Shown: positions 1 through 14,538, numbered from the stretch's first letter. The stretch: 23,159 nucleotides of DNA from Tubiluchus corallicola (GCA_030141605.1 JAQGDQ010001861.1:1-23159); one strand, 5' to 3'. Notes: generated by a model from the letters alone, not told the origin. A program made the numbers and translations.

Positions 1-71
1 TTAGAAATTATAATCTAGGCTGTCTATGATACTGGCACCGCCGTGTTATCGTATAGGCTAATATTACGTTA

Positions 72-612
<541 letters not shown>

Positions 613-1906
613 ATAAGGTGCAATTTAGGGCCCCTTAATTGGTAACATTTGATGAAAAAAACCTGTTTTTTCTATACAATTGTGTTGAAATACGTTCTAA
701 TTTGGTTTGCAATAATTAGTAAAATACTGGTATTTCTTAAATAGTATTTTTATTTACAAACAAAAGATAGATATTACAAAGAATTTGTAATAAGTTTACT
801 TGAAGCTATGTAAACGTCGCTAAAATATAGTAAAAAAGTGTGTAAAGAATGAGTAAAAAATATTCAAGACGGGTGGCTCCGTCTGAGGGGCCTATAATTT
901 CATTAGAAAAAGGTCCCGAAGAGTCTTAAACCGTCCTGGGTACTAGCCCTAGTTTACATCATGTAAAATGTTCACAAAACAAACATGGAAACATAGATAT
1001 AGTTTCAACATTGAAATACGCAATTTCTGTATTACAATTCTTTAACGTACCACAAACGCTTTAATATCAATTCAAGATATATTCACTTATTTCATTCATC
1101 CGATAAACATTGAGTTTACCTTTTTCACTAAAATAATAGGATATTAAGCTAATAAAAAGATTAAAACATTGATTTATTTCATTTGTGAAATGGTCCGAGA
1201 CGTCTAGCCAGTAGATTAACAACAAACTCTCTGTATTTTCACTCTTGTTTTACAAGAATAACACACGACCATTATGATCTAAATAATCTATCTAGGTTTC
1301 AAATACAGCAAGTGACCGAAATACGATTGTTTCAGAGAGAAATCTTTCGCTTTTCCCCCGCTCGGGGTTTTGCATTGACTGTGAGGTTTATGGGTCAGTT
1401 TATAACGAGCATCGCTTTCTTAGACCTCAAACATAGAAATCGTTTTACGACGCAGAACAAAAGCGCCGCGCGGCGGTTTTTCTTTAAACCATAATTTTTA
1501 TTGCGAGTTTAATTGCAGTTGATTTTGTAACCATATAATTTCGAAAAACTTGTTAAATCGTGTAGAATTTGGTTTATAAGCGCCATATTTGCAATCTCAT
1601 AAACGACTGCTCACGTAAATTCGGCATTTTGATAAAAACTCATGCCAGTTAGATTGTGTGACACTTCGAAATATTGATTTTCTGTTTCTTCGAAAGTCAC
1701 AAGTGTAAAGTAGTAAACTGTCGGTAGTTCCAAGTAACTACTTTAGTGTTTTGCAGTAATTTGGTGGTAAACTCCTCCTTTTGTTTATTTACATAGCAAT
1801 TACTGCAAGCTGACAATTTTGTAGAGTTAACAAAATGAATTGAATTAAATTAGTACAAAAAACGTGCTTCAACTGCAAAGATCTGTTTAGGGTTGATATC
1901 GCTAGT

Positions 1907-2533
1907 TTAAAGGAAGACAAGATGATTTTTCATACACTACCCCATTTTCAAGTCCCATAAAAAGTATACATTTTAACACAATTAATACTGCAAAAGCGTT
2001 TCTGATAATTAAATAATAGATTAAAAACTTAATTAACGGCGGGCGAGCCCAACTATTGATGACATCACAAACTAACATAATTTTCAACAGCAAAAATATT
2101 CCACGAGCGTGTTGCATGTGTTTACGAAAGTGAAAATTGAAGTACAGTGCTACTGTAAGATATTCAGTGTGTTGTTCTAAAACTAGGCAAGTTTCAAGAT
2201 AAAAATTCAAATTTCAAATTTACCGCTGTGCTCACGCATGAGCTGTCGAACGTGTGCAGTTCGTCACAAACTAACACATCTGAACTGAGAGGTACAGCAC
2301 CTGTTTTCTGTGCAATGCGTTTCCGAAATGCAGGCGCTAGTGCCCGTCTAACTAGCGAATGGCGAAATGCATGTAACAGTGAAGAACTAGTGGCGTGAAC
2401 ATGAAATTGTGTTTGTGTGGTAATAATTCTTTCACGTAAGTCTTTTTTGAAAAAAAAGTATATTTCCTTTCAATATTTTAAACAGTAGATTGTTTTGACC
2501 TACAGCTTAAGATCGGGTCAGGTTTTGCTTTAA
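1907..2533 (-). mobile_element. Kolobok/T2-like TTAA MITE, family A copy 1
   Basis: TTAA at 1907-1910 and 2530-2533. AG...CT termini with imperfect TIRs (AGGAAGACAAGA vs AGCAAAACCTGA). Full-length inverted homologue at 7415-8029, with homology ending at the TTAAs. Confidence 0.85.
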
Positions 2534-3199
2534 CCAAACTTATATGTACATTAAACAGTACACATATGTATATACGCTATATTTAATATAATAAAATTTA
2601 AGCACGTGTAATTTACCTAATCAGTGCTCATTAAATGTACCCAAAAAATCAACCTGGTTTCTTAGTTACTTATAAATTTGACTAAAAATATATGTACTTG
2701 TCCCAGTCAAATTTTGGCGAATATAATGATTAGTTTACAAGTTTCTGAAAATGCTAAACTTTTAGTGAGTGCAGCCTTTATAGTAAACATGTTTGCATGC
2801 ACAAGTTTTGCGTGTTCAAATTTTCACATAATAAGCACGTTTAAAAACAAACAAACATTTCAAGGTTTTTCTCAAATCACACTTGGCATTGGTGAAGTTG
2901 TCGCATCCGGGCATTTGCAATTAGTGCTCAAGTTTTGACGAGGGAAAACCAGGGTCGAATTAAGACCCCCTAGTGATACGTGATCAGCTGTCGCCTCCTC
3001 TTAGTTTGCAAGGTAGTAGCGAAAGTGCTTGTCAGCTGTCCACAATGGTGCTGACCTTCTATTGAAGCATACTCACCTGAGGTGGGGGGGGGGGGATAAA
3101 GGAAGGATCTTTGGCGGCAAATGAACAAAGAAATTCGTAAATTTCCCATGAGTACAATGGTGCAGAAGGTGCTGTATGTGTTTGTTGTGTTGACAAAAG

Positions 3200-4056
3200 G
3201 TATGACAGTAGAACATACTTTAAACGTTTATTGATACAGATGTTTTCACAGAAATATAGGTAAAATAATGTCTGCATATAATGTCTTGTGAAAGCCAACA
3301 GGTAGTACAGGTTATAGCAAAACTAGAGCAACCGTATCTATGAGGTTAAACCCATTTTCAGAATAGGTAACAGATAGATAGAAACCATATCTACTACAGT
3401 AATAGCGGTTTTACAGGTTATTAATCTAATTGCAAATTAAATGTATTTTTTATGATTTGCGGTCGTTCACAACGACAGTGTTGCAAGTATAGGCATATTT
3501 ACATTTGACAAGCTAAACGGGACTAGGAGAATTTTGTATGCAAAGAAAACATCTCACACAAAGAAAACAGTTTCACAAACTAGCAAGTTTACTTTATAAA
3601 GGTGGGCAGAGTATCATGACTCAAGAGAAAAGCATTGACTTTTACTTTAATCGAACTTGGTTTGTAATTGCATTACTGCAAACAATTTGCAGTAGAAGTC
3701 ATGTTTATTATAGTTCTATATGATGTATTGTGACCTTGTGCAAGAGGAAGAACACATTGTAACTTCACTAGTGAACTAAGAACTGATGATGAAGCAGATT
3801 TTAGTTCTTTAGATGCCTTCATGGATTCGACTCCACCCAAACTACTCGCCACTGTATGGAATAATTGTCTTTCTAGGGCAAAGAAGTTAAATAAGCAGTA
3901 ATTTGCCACGTTTTGTGTGTGTAATAGTTCATTTTTTATTTTTGTTCTATAGTAAAGTTAAACGACTTGCTTTTTTCTGGACATAAAATGGATGTTGTTA
4001 TTTTACTAGTAACATGCCTCACTCCGTGTAACAAGATAATCTTTCTCAATAAATTA
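3200..4056 (+). mobile_element. Decayed non-LTR retrotransposon (LINE, RTE-X/CR1-like) 3' fragment
   Basis: Frameshifted remnants in the order expected for an ORF2 C-terminus: MSCES at 3281 (cf. LYxCExW), CDLVQEEEHIV at 3729-3761 (cf. Cys/His knuckle CxxxxEDExH), then ELRTDDEADFSSLDAFM...KQ* with stop at 3899-3901. A ~150 nt 3' UTR follows, then AATAAA at 4048-4053 and a simple-repeat tail. 5' boundary approximate; clade tentative. Confidence 0.5.
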
Positions 4057-4356
<300 letters not shown>

Positions 4357-5118
4357 TATTTTCAGTCCTGTGACAACCTCGGATTATAGCATCAATGTAA
4401 AAAATTACTGTAGTTTTAAGTTAGTTGTAATTTCAACAACAGCTGAACGCGTGTCAAGTTAAACAACCTCGCTACGTAACTCAGACCTGAACTGCTGCGC
4501 CAAGTTAAACTCATAAATTAATTCCAGATAACCATTTACCGGGTCTTGTTTGTTCTGCTAATTTTTCACCCTCCTTGTACAAGGTGTTAATAAATAAAGG
4601 AGGCGCGACTCGCCGAGCGGAACCGTTTAATTGAACTGATACTGAATTCATTTAACACGCTCTACATTCGTTCAATGAACACAGACTGTTCACTACTACA
4701 AATTGAACTACTATTCGTTTATAATTGGCCTAGAGATAAGGCCTTTGTATTTATAAATGGACTGTTTCCTGGCGCGTATTTCTCACACAATGAGGTATGT
4801 AATTAAAATTACACGGAAGTAGTAACTCCTACCGGAAAGAATTGAAATCACTGATAAATCTGACGGTAAAGAAATAAAAGTAGGGCCTACATCAATATCC
4901 GTACGCCACTGTGCACTACATCTTTGAACAAGAAAGAGCACACATAAGTGTTTGTGTCAGAGAGCTCGTAATAAGTGATATACTAAAACTACATACATTT
5001 TCATTTTAATGGATTTTTGCTATATGTTTTTAGCTAATGTTAAAACATAACTTGGCAATTTGAGCGTGACAAAATCGTTATAAATAAGATGATATAATCT
5101 AAGCTCACGTCTTTCCAT

Positions 5119-5578
5119 TTAAAGGAAAAGACAAGACTTATTATAACAACTGAATTTGGAGAAAACTGCCTTTAAAGCGTAAAGTTCATTTATACTGCCG
5201 CTGTATCCAAATTTCAGGTGGTAGTTGTTCGGTTGAAAATTGTGACGTAACTGGTGGACTTCGTAACTTTCCGTAAGAGCGTGCTGGTTAAACTAACACA
5301 AACTTTTGCAACTTACCGAATGTTCATGCAAAAATATAGCAAAATTACCTATCTTTCGTAAATATTTTTGAGGGAAATTGACAACGCGTTGCTTGGTGGA
5401 AAATGGGTATTCAAGATGGAAGCATGGAGTGTTCAAGATGGGAGCGTGAAGTGCTCACAATTTTAAAGTGATTTTACTAATTACACGAGGTGCTCGTCAC
5501 AGTTTTATTACTAAATACTTCTAACATGTTTCGCAAACATTTAATAAGCCTAACTTCCTAGAAAGTTTGTTCTTTTAA
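5119..5578 (+). mobile_element. Kolobok/T2-like TTAA MITE, family B copy 1 (internally shorter, right end eroded)
   Basis: Starts TTAA-AGGAAAAGACAAGACTT. Colinear homology to 12866-13540 (e.g. AATAAGCCTAACTTCCTAGAA, AAACTTTTGCA, AATGTTCA-GCAAAAATAT). Its left end matches the inverted right TIR of copy 2. Confidence 0.75.
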
Positions 5579-5725
5579 GAAATACTTTAAGTTTAAGCAT
5601 TTCGTTTGTTCAAGACTTAAAACTTACAGATTTAAATCTTGAACAGTTGAAATGCTTAAAGAATTTTAGAGACACATATACACGATATGTACACGTTGAC
5701 ATAGATGCTAGACGACATAGTAACC

Positions 5726-6275
<550 letters not shown>

Positions 6276-6882
6276 AATTATTGAATGTAATCAAGGCAGA
6301 GGGGTTAACGCAAATGCACACCGTAATTAAAGTGATGCAAACAATCTTAATTAGCTGTAATCTAATTACGATTATTTTGATTCGATTTGGAGGAAACGTG
6401 TGCAAAAAGCAAAACAATCCTCCCTCACATCCTGTCAAAGTTAATTACTCTGTTACGCCCATCCTGTCATCAGAGCCTAAACGATGATAATTATGATACT
6501 CTTGTCCTTTAATTAATCCAGGTAATCTGAATAAATCTTATACTTTACAGCACAGGCCAAGGTTTGAGTATGTACATCGCGATGTTATTGGCAGGTGTGT
6601 AATCCGTGAGGTTAATTTCCTTCTGGTTTTTCGCTTTCGGTTTGAACTTCTCAGTAGGAGTCTGTCAGAAGCGAATGAACGGACTACTTTCTCTAAGGTT
6701 AAACACAAAATTAATTGGCATTAAAACGGTCAAAGCTCTGCATTAATGGGTCACGTGGGATTGCTGTAAGACGTTTTGATACAAATGGATTTAGACAGGG
6801 GTTGTATAGGTTAGTATTGTGGTAAACAGGGTTGTGAGTAAACAGGGTTGTTTACTTCGTGTTGTTTATGATACGTGTACAG

Positions 6883-7382
6883 CAGGGGTGTGCAAATTAT
6901 CTGACTAGCTGGGCCATATTAAACTTTCCCGCAATTCCTGGGGGCCACAGGCAGTTTGATCAAGGAGCCCAGTACAGAAAGGCGTAATAAAGATTTTTTT
7001 GCACCCGACCTGCGTACATCATTACTACTACACTCAAGAAACTATTTTAGAAGTTATTAAAATTTATATTACAAACCACATATTTCTACTTTCAGGACAG
7101 ATAGTGGTAATTTCATTACAATGCATATTAGTAATGTGTATCACACAGTCTGTGTAGTACACTGACATTAAGCTACAACCATCTTGTAAGGGTTAATGGC
7201 ATCCGATCTAGTAGAAAAAACTACCCGCACTATCTTTGGGATCGTGGCACAAGCTTCAGCTGGATACACTCAATTAATCGCCCCGGCCGCACTTTCATTA
7301 GGTTGACAAATCTCTTCGCGGGCCGCACAAATTCACTCGGCGGGCCGCAAGTGGCCCGCGGGCCGCAATTTGCACACCCCTG
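6883..7382. mobile_element. hAT-Charlie/Buster-type MITE, 500 bp
   Basis: Perfect 16-bp TIR CAGGGGTGTGCAAATT/AATTTGCACACCCCTG. Perfect 8-bp TSD GTGTACAG (6875-6882, 7383-7390) with central TA. GCGGGCCGCA subterminal repeats typical of Charlie-like elements. Confidence 0.93.
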
Positions 7383-7414
7383 GTGTACAGCACGTTGCTC
7401 GGGTCATCACAGTA

Positions 7415-8029
7415 TTAAAGCAAAACCGGACCCATCTTAAACTGTAGGTCAAAACAATCTACTCTTTAAAATATTGAAAGGAAATATACTATTTTTTCAA
7501 AATTTACTTACATGAAAGAATTATTACTACGCAACGCGTTCGCGTCACTAGTTCTTCGCTGTTAATTGCATTTCGCCATTCGCTAGTTAGACGGGCACTA
7601 ACGTCTGCATTTCGGAAACGCATTGTACAAAAAAGGTGCTGTACCTCTCATTTCAGACGTGTTAGTTTGTGATAAACTAGACACATTCGATGTCTCATTC
7701 GTCAACACAGCGGTAAATTTGAAATTTGAATTTTTATCTCAAAACTTGCCTAGATTTAATACAGCACACTGAATATCTTACAGTAGCACTGTACTTCAAT
7801 TTTCTCTTTCGCAAACACGCGCAACACACTAATGGAATATTTTTGCTTTTGAAATTTGTGTTAGTTTGTGATGTCATCAATAGTTGGACTCGTCCGCCGT
7901 TAATTAGGTTTTTAATCTATTATATCATTATCAGAAATGCTTTTCCAGTACTAACTGTGTTGAAATGTATATTTTTTACTGTATTTGGAAATGGGGTAGT
8001 GTATGAAAAATCATCCTGCCTTCCTTTAA
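7415..8029 (+). mobile_element. Kolobok/T2-like TTAA MITE, family A copy 2
   Basis: TTAA-AGCAAAACCGGACC ... TGCCTTCCT-TTAA. Inverted copy of 1907-2533; I counted about 34 differences over the 303 nt aligned by hand (~89% identity). Confidence 0.85.
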
Positions 8030-8254
8030 GGCTTGACGCAGGCCTAAATTGAAACAAGAGTTACCTTTTAAAACAAACAATAGATGCAGAACACAAGTAA
8101 TTTTGATTGTTCATTTCAAAAAGAAACAAACAGCTTAGGTAGTCATAGTAACAAGAACGCTTAAGTGAAAGTGAACTGCCCCAATGACCTACAATTTAAA
8201 AGAAAACGATACTCTTTGCAGTTTTGCTGTATGTTACGTACGTATGTATGTTCT

Positions 8255-8672
8255 TAGCTCGCTTTTTTCCTCTTGTTATCTTCGTCGTTCGTTTGTTCAT
8301 TCCTTCTTTCTAACTTTGCTACTAACTTCATTTTAGAATCTTTGTTTCTTTTCGTTTTTCTTGTCTTCATTTATGTTTCTTTCTTATTTTCTCTTGATTT
8401 TTCTGTTGTTTGTATTTTATTCCCCTTTCATTCCTTTCGTTTTCATTTTCATTTTTGTGTGTTTTTACTTTTTTCTTTATCTCTGTCTCTTTTTTCTATT
8501 TTTTTTCTGTCTGTCTGTCTTTCTGTCTTTCCTGTATTTCCTTTCTTTTCCTTTTTTTATTATTCTTTCGTTACCTTCTTTCACCGTTTCTGTATTATTT
8601 TTCTTTTCATTTTTCCTTAGTTTCTTTTTCTCTTCACCTTAATTCTTCCTTCTTCTTTTTTCTCATTTCCTT
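8255..8672. repeat. Pyrimidine-rich (T/C) low-complexity tract, decayed microsatellite
   Basis: TTTC/TCTG-like degenerate units. Source of three overlapping Phe/Leu/Ser ORFs. Confidence 0.85.
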
Positions 8673-9392
8673 CATAACGTCAAAATAAGTAGTACATCGA
8701 TCTATACCCATTTGCCGAGCACTACATTCAAACGGTAACTTAAACAGTTTTCTAATTTAATTAATGTATGTAATGCAACTCTCATATCTTCGTTTTCTTC
8801 AAGGTTTTTATTTCCTGCATTTATGAATTTCTTAATTGATAGAGATTAAATCATTTCAGTATAATTTATATAATCCTTTGATAAACATCTTTTAATAATA
8901 AACAATTATGGAGTATTGTTCCGTTGAACGCACGACAGTAAGCATGAAGATCACTTATCTAATCGGATTAAATAAAAACGAACACACCTATAATCTAAAA
9001 TAGTTACTTACAAAAAACACACATGGACACAATACAGTAAAGCAAAACAGCAATCAACTTATGGAGTTCAGCATCCTTAATTATAAAATCAAAAGACAGA
9101 TTAACAACATTTAAAACAGAACTAAAAAACAAACTCCTGATTCACAAACGTCCCTTATATAAAAACGATAGAGTAGAATTCATCAGAAATTGGAGAATAT
9201 AAAAAAACGCGTAACGCTTTAGACTCATAAACTCATCATAGTATAAGTGTCTGTACTATAAAAATAGTTCACTATAAAAATTATTTAGATAATACTATTA
9301 TTTAATAATAAAATTTAAATAATATTAAATTAATAGTAATAATAATAAAATTAATAATACTATTTACCTAATAAAGTTTTTTGCTCTAATTA

Positions 9393-9585
<193 letters not shown>

Positions 9586-9870
9586 CAATCTTTATTGCAA
9601 AAATTATACACTAGTACAGAGTAAAACAAATTACATCATACATAAAAATGTACGACTTGTATGGAAGCTTACAAAAACTATCAAAAAGTATTAAAATTCA
9701 CAATTTCATAAGTCACCATCATGTAGGCAAATTTGTAAATATGTAATATAGTATTTTAATCTCTTTATTCTTACAATTTTTAACTTACACTAACTGACAC
9801 AACAGCACACATCAGTCTGTCACTGACTGGATATATACTGATTTTATGTATGATGTAATTTGTGTAGATT

Positions 9871-9873
<3 letters not shown>

Positions 9874-9939
<66 letters not shown>
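9874..9939. repeat. (TG)n microsatellite
   Basis: Directly visible. Confidence 0.97.
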
Positions 9940-9944
<5 letters not shown>

Positions 9945-10364
9945 TAGAGCAAAAGCCTTTATTAGGTATATAGTATTATTAATTTTATTATTATTACTAT
10001 TAATTTAATATTATTTTAATTTTATTATTAAATAATAGTGTTATCTAAATAATTTTTACTGTTTAAAATGAACTAATTCAACTGGATTTCTAAAACTTGC
10101 ACCGCTCTGCCAAATAATTTTCGTTAACCTTTCCCCTGGGATCGCTCTTCCCCACTTACCCCTACCCGGAGGTATGTTCAGGGCTGTTAATGATGATTAG
10201 TACAGCGTCATCAGGACTTTCTCACCAGTCATAAACGAATTATTCGTGGATTATCCCTCGGGTGGTGACATAAAGACATTATGAATAGTCAGTTTTACCT
10301 TGAATAACTGTACTGTCTCAGTCACACCAAATGACAGTAAGTCAGGGTCTACTTAGTCTAGCCA

Positions 10365-10460
10365 TGTCACTTCATACAGTGAACTAGAATAACTGAACTG
10401 CTGTTGATAAATTGTCACTTCATACAGTGAACTAGAATAATTGAACTTCTGTAGATAAAT
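10365..10460. repeat. Tandem duplication, 2 x 48 bp
   Basis: TGTCACTTCATACAGTGAACTAGAATAA... begins at 10365 and again at 10413. Confidence 0.9.
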
Positions 10461-10490
10461 AGGTTTCGACTGTCCCTAATTAAGATGAAT

Positions 10491-10688
10491 TATACCACTG
10501 CTTCAGGAACAAATTATGTGCCTCCTGGCAAGAGTGGCAATCTTCAATGCACCATTTGTCCAGATTGGTCATAATTCATCTGATACGATAAATCTGTTAA
10601 AGATTTATGGTCACCTTGGACAAATGACGCGTTGAAGATTGCCCCTCTTGCCAGGAGGCGGATAATTTGTTCCTGAAGCAGTGCTATA
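10491..10688. mobile_element. Palindromic MITE, 198 bp, TATA-bounded
   Basis: TATACCACTGCTTCAGGAACAAATTAT...CATTTGTCCA pairs with the reverse complement of 10617-10688 (~72-bp arms, few mismatches) around a short loop. Superfamily not assignable. Confidence 0.8.
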
Positions 10689-11275
10689 CAATACATACAT
10701 CGAACACTTACAAAACTTTGGTCTAATAAGAAATAATGGCGCCATTGCTACCACAGCTATCCTCACTGCAAATGTTCCTGGTGAGGCAGCAGCGACAGTA
10801 CAAGAATCTGGCGACAGTGGCTACAGCAGTGTGATGATACTGTTGCTACTTTTGCACGTGGACAACTGTTCGTGAAGGGAATTTTTGTTGTCCCAGTTTT
10901 TAAAAAGAAAAAAAATCAGATTTGAGAAGAACTTTCGTCTTCTTTTCATTTATTATTGTGCAGAAATGCTCTAGTCTTTTTCTTAGTGACAAATAATACA
11001 TTTTAGTCTCACAGCCAGGCTATTTGTCAACCTAAGAAGGTTTTTATCTTACCTTGTCGGCGGCACACAAAAGCCAATCACCTGTTGATTAACCCAGGTT
11101 AGTCCAGAAGGCGTAAGCGGTTGAAAAGGTGAATCTAAGTAGTTAAAAATAGTTTAACCAGTTTAACAATGTGCACGAGAACTTTTTGTAGGTGAATGTG
11201 GAATTTGTGTCGCGTTGCTTATAGACAGTTACTTTGTTATTCGTTATTAGTGAAATGAAAGAATGAACTAGAATT

Positions 11276-12021
11276 GGTGACCGGTAATAAAGTCTCTGGT
11301 TGTAAAGTCACAGGTAAAAAAGTCACAGGTAAAAAAGCCACAGGTAAAAAAGTCACAGGTAAAAAAGTCACAGGTAACAAAGTCACAACTAAAAAAAGTC
11401 ACAGGTAAAAAAGCCACAGGTTATAAAGTCACAGGTAAAAAGTCACACTTAATAAAGTCACAGGCAACGAAGTCACTGGTAATAAAGTCACAGGTAAAAA
11501 AGTCACAGGTAACAAAGTCACAGGTAAAAAAGTCGCAGGTAAAAAAGTCACTGGTAATAAAGTCATAGGTAAAAAGTCACATGTAAAAAAGTCACAGGTA
11601 AAAAAGTCGCAGGTAAAAAAGTCACTGGTAACAAAGTCACAGATAAAAAGGTCACAGGTAAAAAGTCGCAGGTAATAAAGTTACAGGTTATAAAATCAAG
11701 GTAGAAAAGTCACAGGTAAAAAAGTCACAGATAAAAAGGTCACAGGTAAAAGTCACAGGTAATAAAGTCATAGTTAAAAAGTCACAGGTAAAAAAGTTAC
11801 AGGTTATAGAATCAAGGTAGAAAAGTCACAGGTAAGAAAGTAACAGGTAAAAAAAATCACAGGTAGTAAAAAAGTCACAGGAAAAAAGTCAAGGAGAAAA
11901 AGCCACATTTAATTTTGGCCTTAGGTTACTTTAGGTTAGGTTATGGTTTCTTTTTTTCCTGTCACTTTGTTCCTGTAAGTTTTCTGTGAGTTTTATACCA
12001 GTGACTCTTTTACCCGTATTC
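11276..12021. mobile_element. Foldback/MULE (Rehavkus-like) non-autonomous element with subterminal tandem arrays
   Basis: Left array of AAAAAAGTCACAGGT, central TTAGGTTAGG spacer, then a short degenerate inverted array (CCTGTCACTTT, CCAGTGACTCTTTTACC). Ends align 13/19 in inverted orientation. A possible TSD matches only 6/9. Confidence 0.6.
11283..11907. repeat. ~15-bp minisatellite (GGTAAAAAAGTCACA), about 40 units
   Basis: Directly visible; variable A-run length. Confidence 0.95.
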
Positions 12022-12865
12022 TTTGAATCGTGGGGAATCACTAGACTAACAGATAGCGCAGCGATTCCATCTTCCCCATAAAAAACACAATTTCCTATGT
12101 TCGTTAATTATTAGTATCTTTTGACGTGTTTCAGCAGTTTAATATTGGCAATGACTATGATAATAACGATGACAATGGCGACAGTATCGAATAAGGATGA
12201 TTAACCTGTTAGTACTAGTGTCGAACATAGGAAATGTCAAAGAGGGCAGACGATTATTAATGCTAGATATAACGATGACGATGATGACGATGACTTCGAC
12301 TTCTATATGTTCCTGGAAAATCCTGGAAAATTTACCTGTTTACCTGTCAAACTCTTTCTGACCTTGGCGTCTGACAGGACGCACACACCACAGACAAAAA
12401 CATAGATAACATTATAACATAAGTACACAATTGTCAAGGGCAGCTCCAAGGGGTGGTGTGTATTCGTATTCGTATTACTGAGCTCGTTCAAGAACTTGTT
12501 GCCCCACCTCTAGTTCTGCATCAGCCACTGCGTTTGAATTTAAATGCATTTTAAGAAAAACCGCCCCAGCTCACAAAGGAACTGCTGGCTTTTAGCTACC
12601 CGGAGGAAAGTGAAAACAGGTCTGTGACGCGGGCTTTGAGTGGGATGCTTTTAGTAATTCCGGTTTCAATACGCCTTTGTGTAAACAACTTGTGACTTCA
12701 TCAGTTGCACAAAAACACGTTAAGAAATGCATAAATATCTCGTGATGGTTATGCAGCTTCTGAGCTTTCATAATTGCGCGAATACAGGATGTTTTTTGAC
12801 TTGCCTTTTACGGATCCCCAGGGCATATTACTTGAAGCATTTTTAAATTTCGACCATTAATTTGT

Positions 12866-13540
12866 TTAAATGAAAGAACAAGTCACTCTGCATGTAGGGT
12901 TTATTTTACTGCTATCACGTATTACGAAAAATGTAACAAAGAAATTTGCAATGAACTGCCTATACAGCTTATATTTTTAAAATATATTATCTCTGAAAAG
13001 AAATTTGCAATGAACTGCCTATACAGCTTATATTTAAAATATATTATCTCTGAAAAGAAATTTGCAATGAACTGCCTATACAGCTTAAATGTAAAATATA
13101 AAAATATATTATCTCTGAAAAGAAATTTCAGACGTGGTGGTTACCGCTATTCACTTGAAAATAATGACGTAACTCGGAAACTTCGTGACTCTTCGTAAGC
13201 GCGTCGTGGCTTTCCGTATGAGCGCGATGCCTAAACTAATTCAAACTTTTGCAGCTTACCTAATGTTCACGCAAAAATATTACAAAATTAGCTAACTATT
13301 TTTTATAAAAACTTATGATTCTTTTGACTAAGCTCGGCAGAGCGCTACGTTTCTTCAAGACGAATGACGTCATTGGAAGAACAATGGGTGTACAAAATGG
13401 AACCCCCAAGCATGAAGTGATCACGACTTTAAAGGGATTTTACTGATTAAGCGAGTCAGTTCTATTACCAACTCCTTCTAGTATTTTCCGTGAAGATTGA
13501 AATAAGCCTAACTTCCTAGAAGGCTTGACCTTTCCTTTAA
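12866..13540 (+). mobile_element. Kolobok/T2-like TTAA MITE, family B copy 2
   Basis: TTAA-ATGAAAGAACAAGTC ... GGCTTGACCTTTCCT-TTAA (TIR 11/15). Homologous to 5119-5578. Confidence 0.75.
12938..13128. repeat. Tandem triplication, ~57-65 bp unit, inside MITE B copy 2
   Basis: AAAGAAATTTGCAATGAACTGCCTATACAGCTTA starts at 12938, 12997 and 13054. The segment is single-copy in the 5119-5578 element. Confidence 0.92.
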
Positions 13541-13982
13541 AGTATGGCCTTTACCTGTTAGTGTCGTAAATCTCGTTATAGATGGCGCGATGCACCACCA
13601 CGCTTATTGTTGTTCACAGTAGCTGTACAGAGTACAACCAATGAAAACCAGAAAGCAAATTACCTGGATTGACTGATTGGCTGATTAACTAAGCAATGCT
13701 TGGCGAGAAAAAGCAAAATTCGAAAATCAATTCAAAGGCTTTGTTGTGACAACAGCAAGTAATCTTAAACTGTGACAAGAGTTTAGTTAGTTGGTAAATT
13801 TAATGGCGTAAATTTAAAGAGCAATCGTAGTTATAAAAACGTTAACTGTTCCGACAATATGGGTCATGAGTCACTGTCAAGCATAATTTATCATTTCCAA
13901 ATTAGAATTCGAGAAATTTAGATTGTGTCTACAATTTTCAGATTTAAAATAAGAATAGTATGCTAGAACCTGTTTGTTTCTA

Positions 13983-14254
13983 GGTGTGTGCGCGTGCGCG
14001 TGCGTGTGTGTTTGTGTGTGTTTGCGTGCGTATGTATGTATGTATGTATGTACTGTATGTATGTATGTATGTAGTATGTATGTATTATGTATGTATGTAT
14101 GTATGTATGTATGTATGTATGTATGTATGTATGTATGTATGTATGTATGTATGTATGTATGTATGTATGTATGTATGTATGTATGTATGTATGTATGTAT
14201 GTATGTATGTATGTATCTGTGTATGTATGCGTGTATGTATACCTGTATGTATGC
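13983..14254. repeat. (GT/GC)-rich then (TATG)n microsatellite
   Basis: Directly visible. Explains five overlapping ORFs. Confidence 0.97.
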
Positions 14255-14365
14255 ACGCATTTTTTTAGCTGGTGATTAGCGCTGTAAGTTTATAAGCGTT
14301 AAAAATGAAGCATTTGATTATTTTGAGTCGATTCGAAACTGCAGTGTTACGGCTCAGCAAGCTAA

Positions 14366-14370
<5 letters not shown>

Positions 14371-14451
<81 letters not shown>

Positions 14452-14506
14452 TCTCTTTCTTCTCTTCTCTCCTCCTTGTTTTTCTCTTTTGTCTTTCTCT
14501 CTTCTC

Positions 14507-14538
<32 letters not shown>

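Noticed and set aside
625-938. Possible right half of a CAGGGCCGG-type MITE (GGGGCCC motifs, end TTAAACCGTCCTG)
   Set aside because: No matching left end or TSD found in the window; too degenerate to call.
2645-2963. Weak inverted ends (AATCAACCTGGTTTC vs GAAAACCAGGGTCGAATT)
   Set aside because: Short, gapped match with no TSD or second copy.
7726-8052. ~100-aa ORF open in both family A copies (also 1902..2210) as a MITE-encoded protein
   Set aside because: TTG start, stop lies outside the element, and no recognisable domain. My hand count gave about 24 non-synonymous vs 10 synonymous changes, close to neutral expectation.
11921-11946. TTAGG repeats as interstitial telomere
   Set aside because: Only a few imperfect units, better explained as the foldback element's spacer.
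12430-12530. End TTCTGCATCAGCCACTG resembling a CAGTGGCGGATCCAG-type MITE terminus
   Set aside because: No partner terminus or TSD identified.
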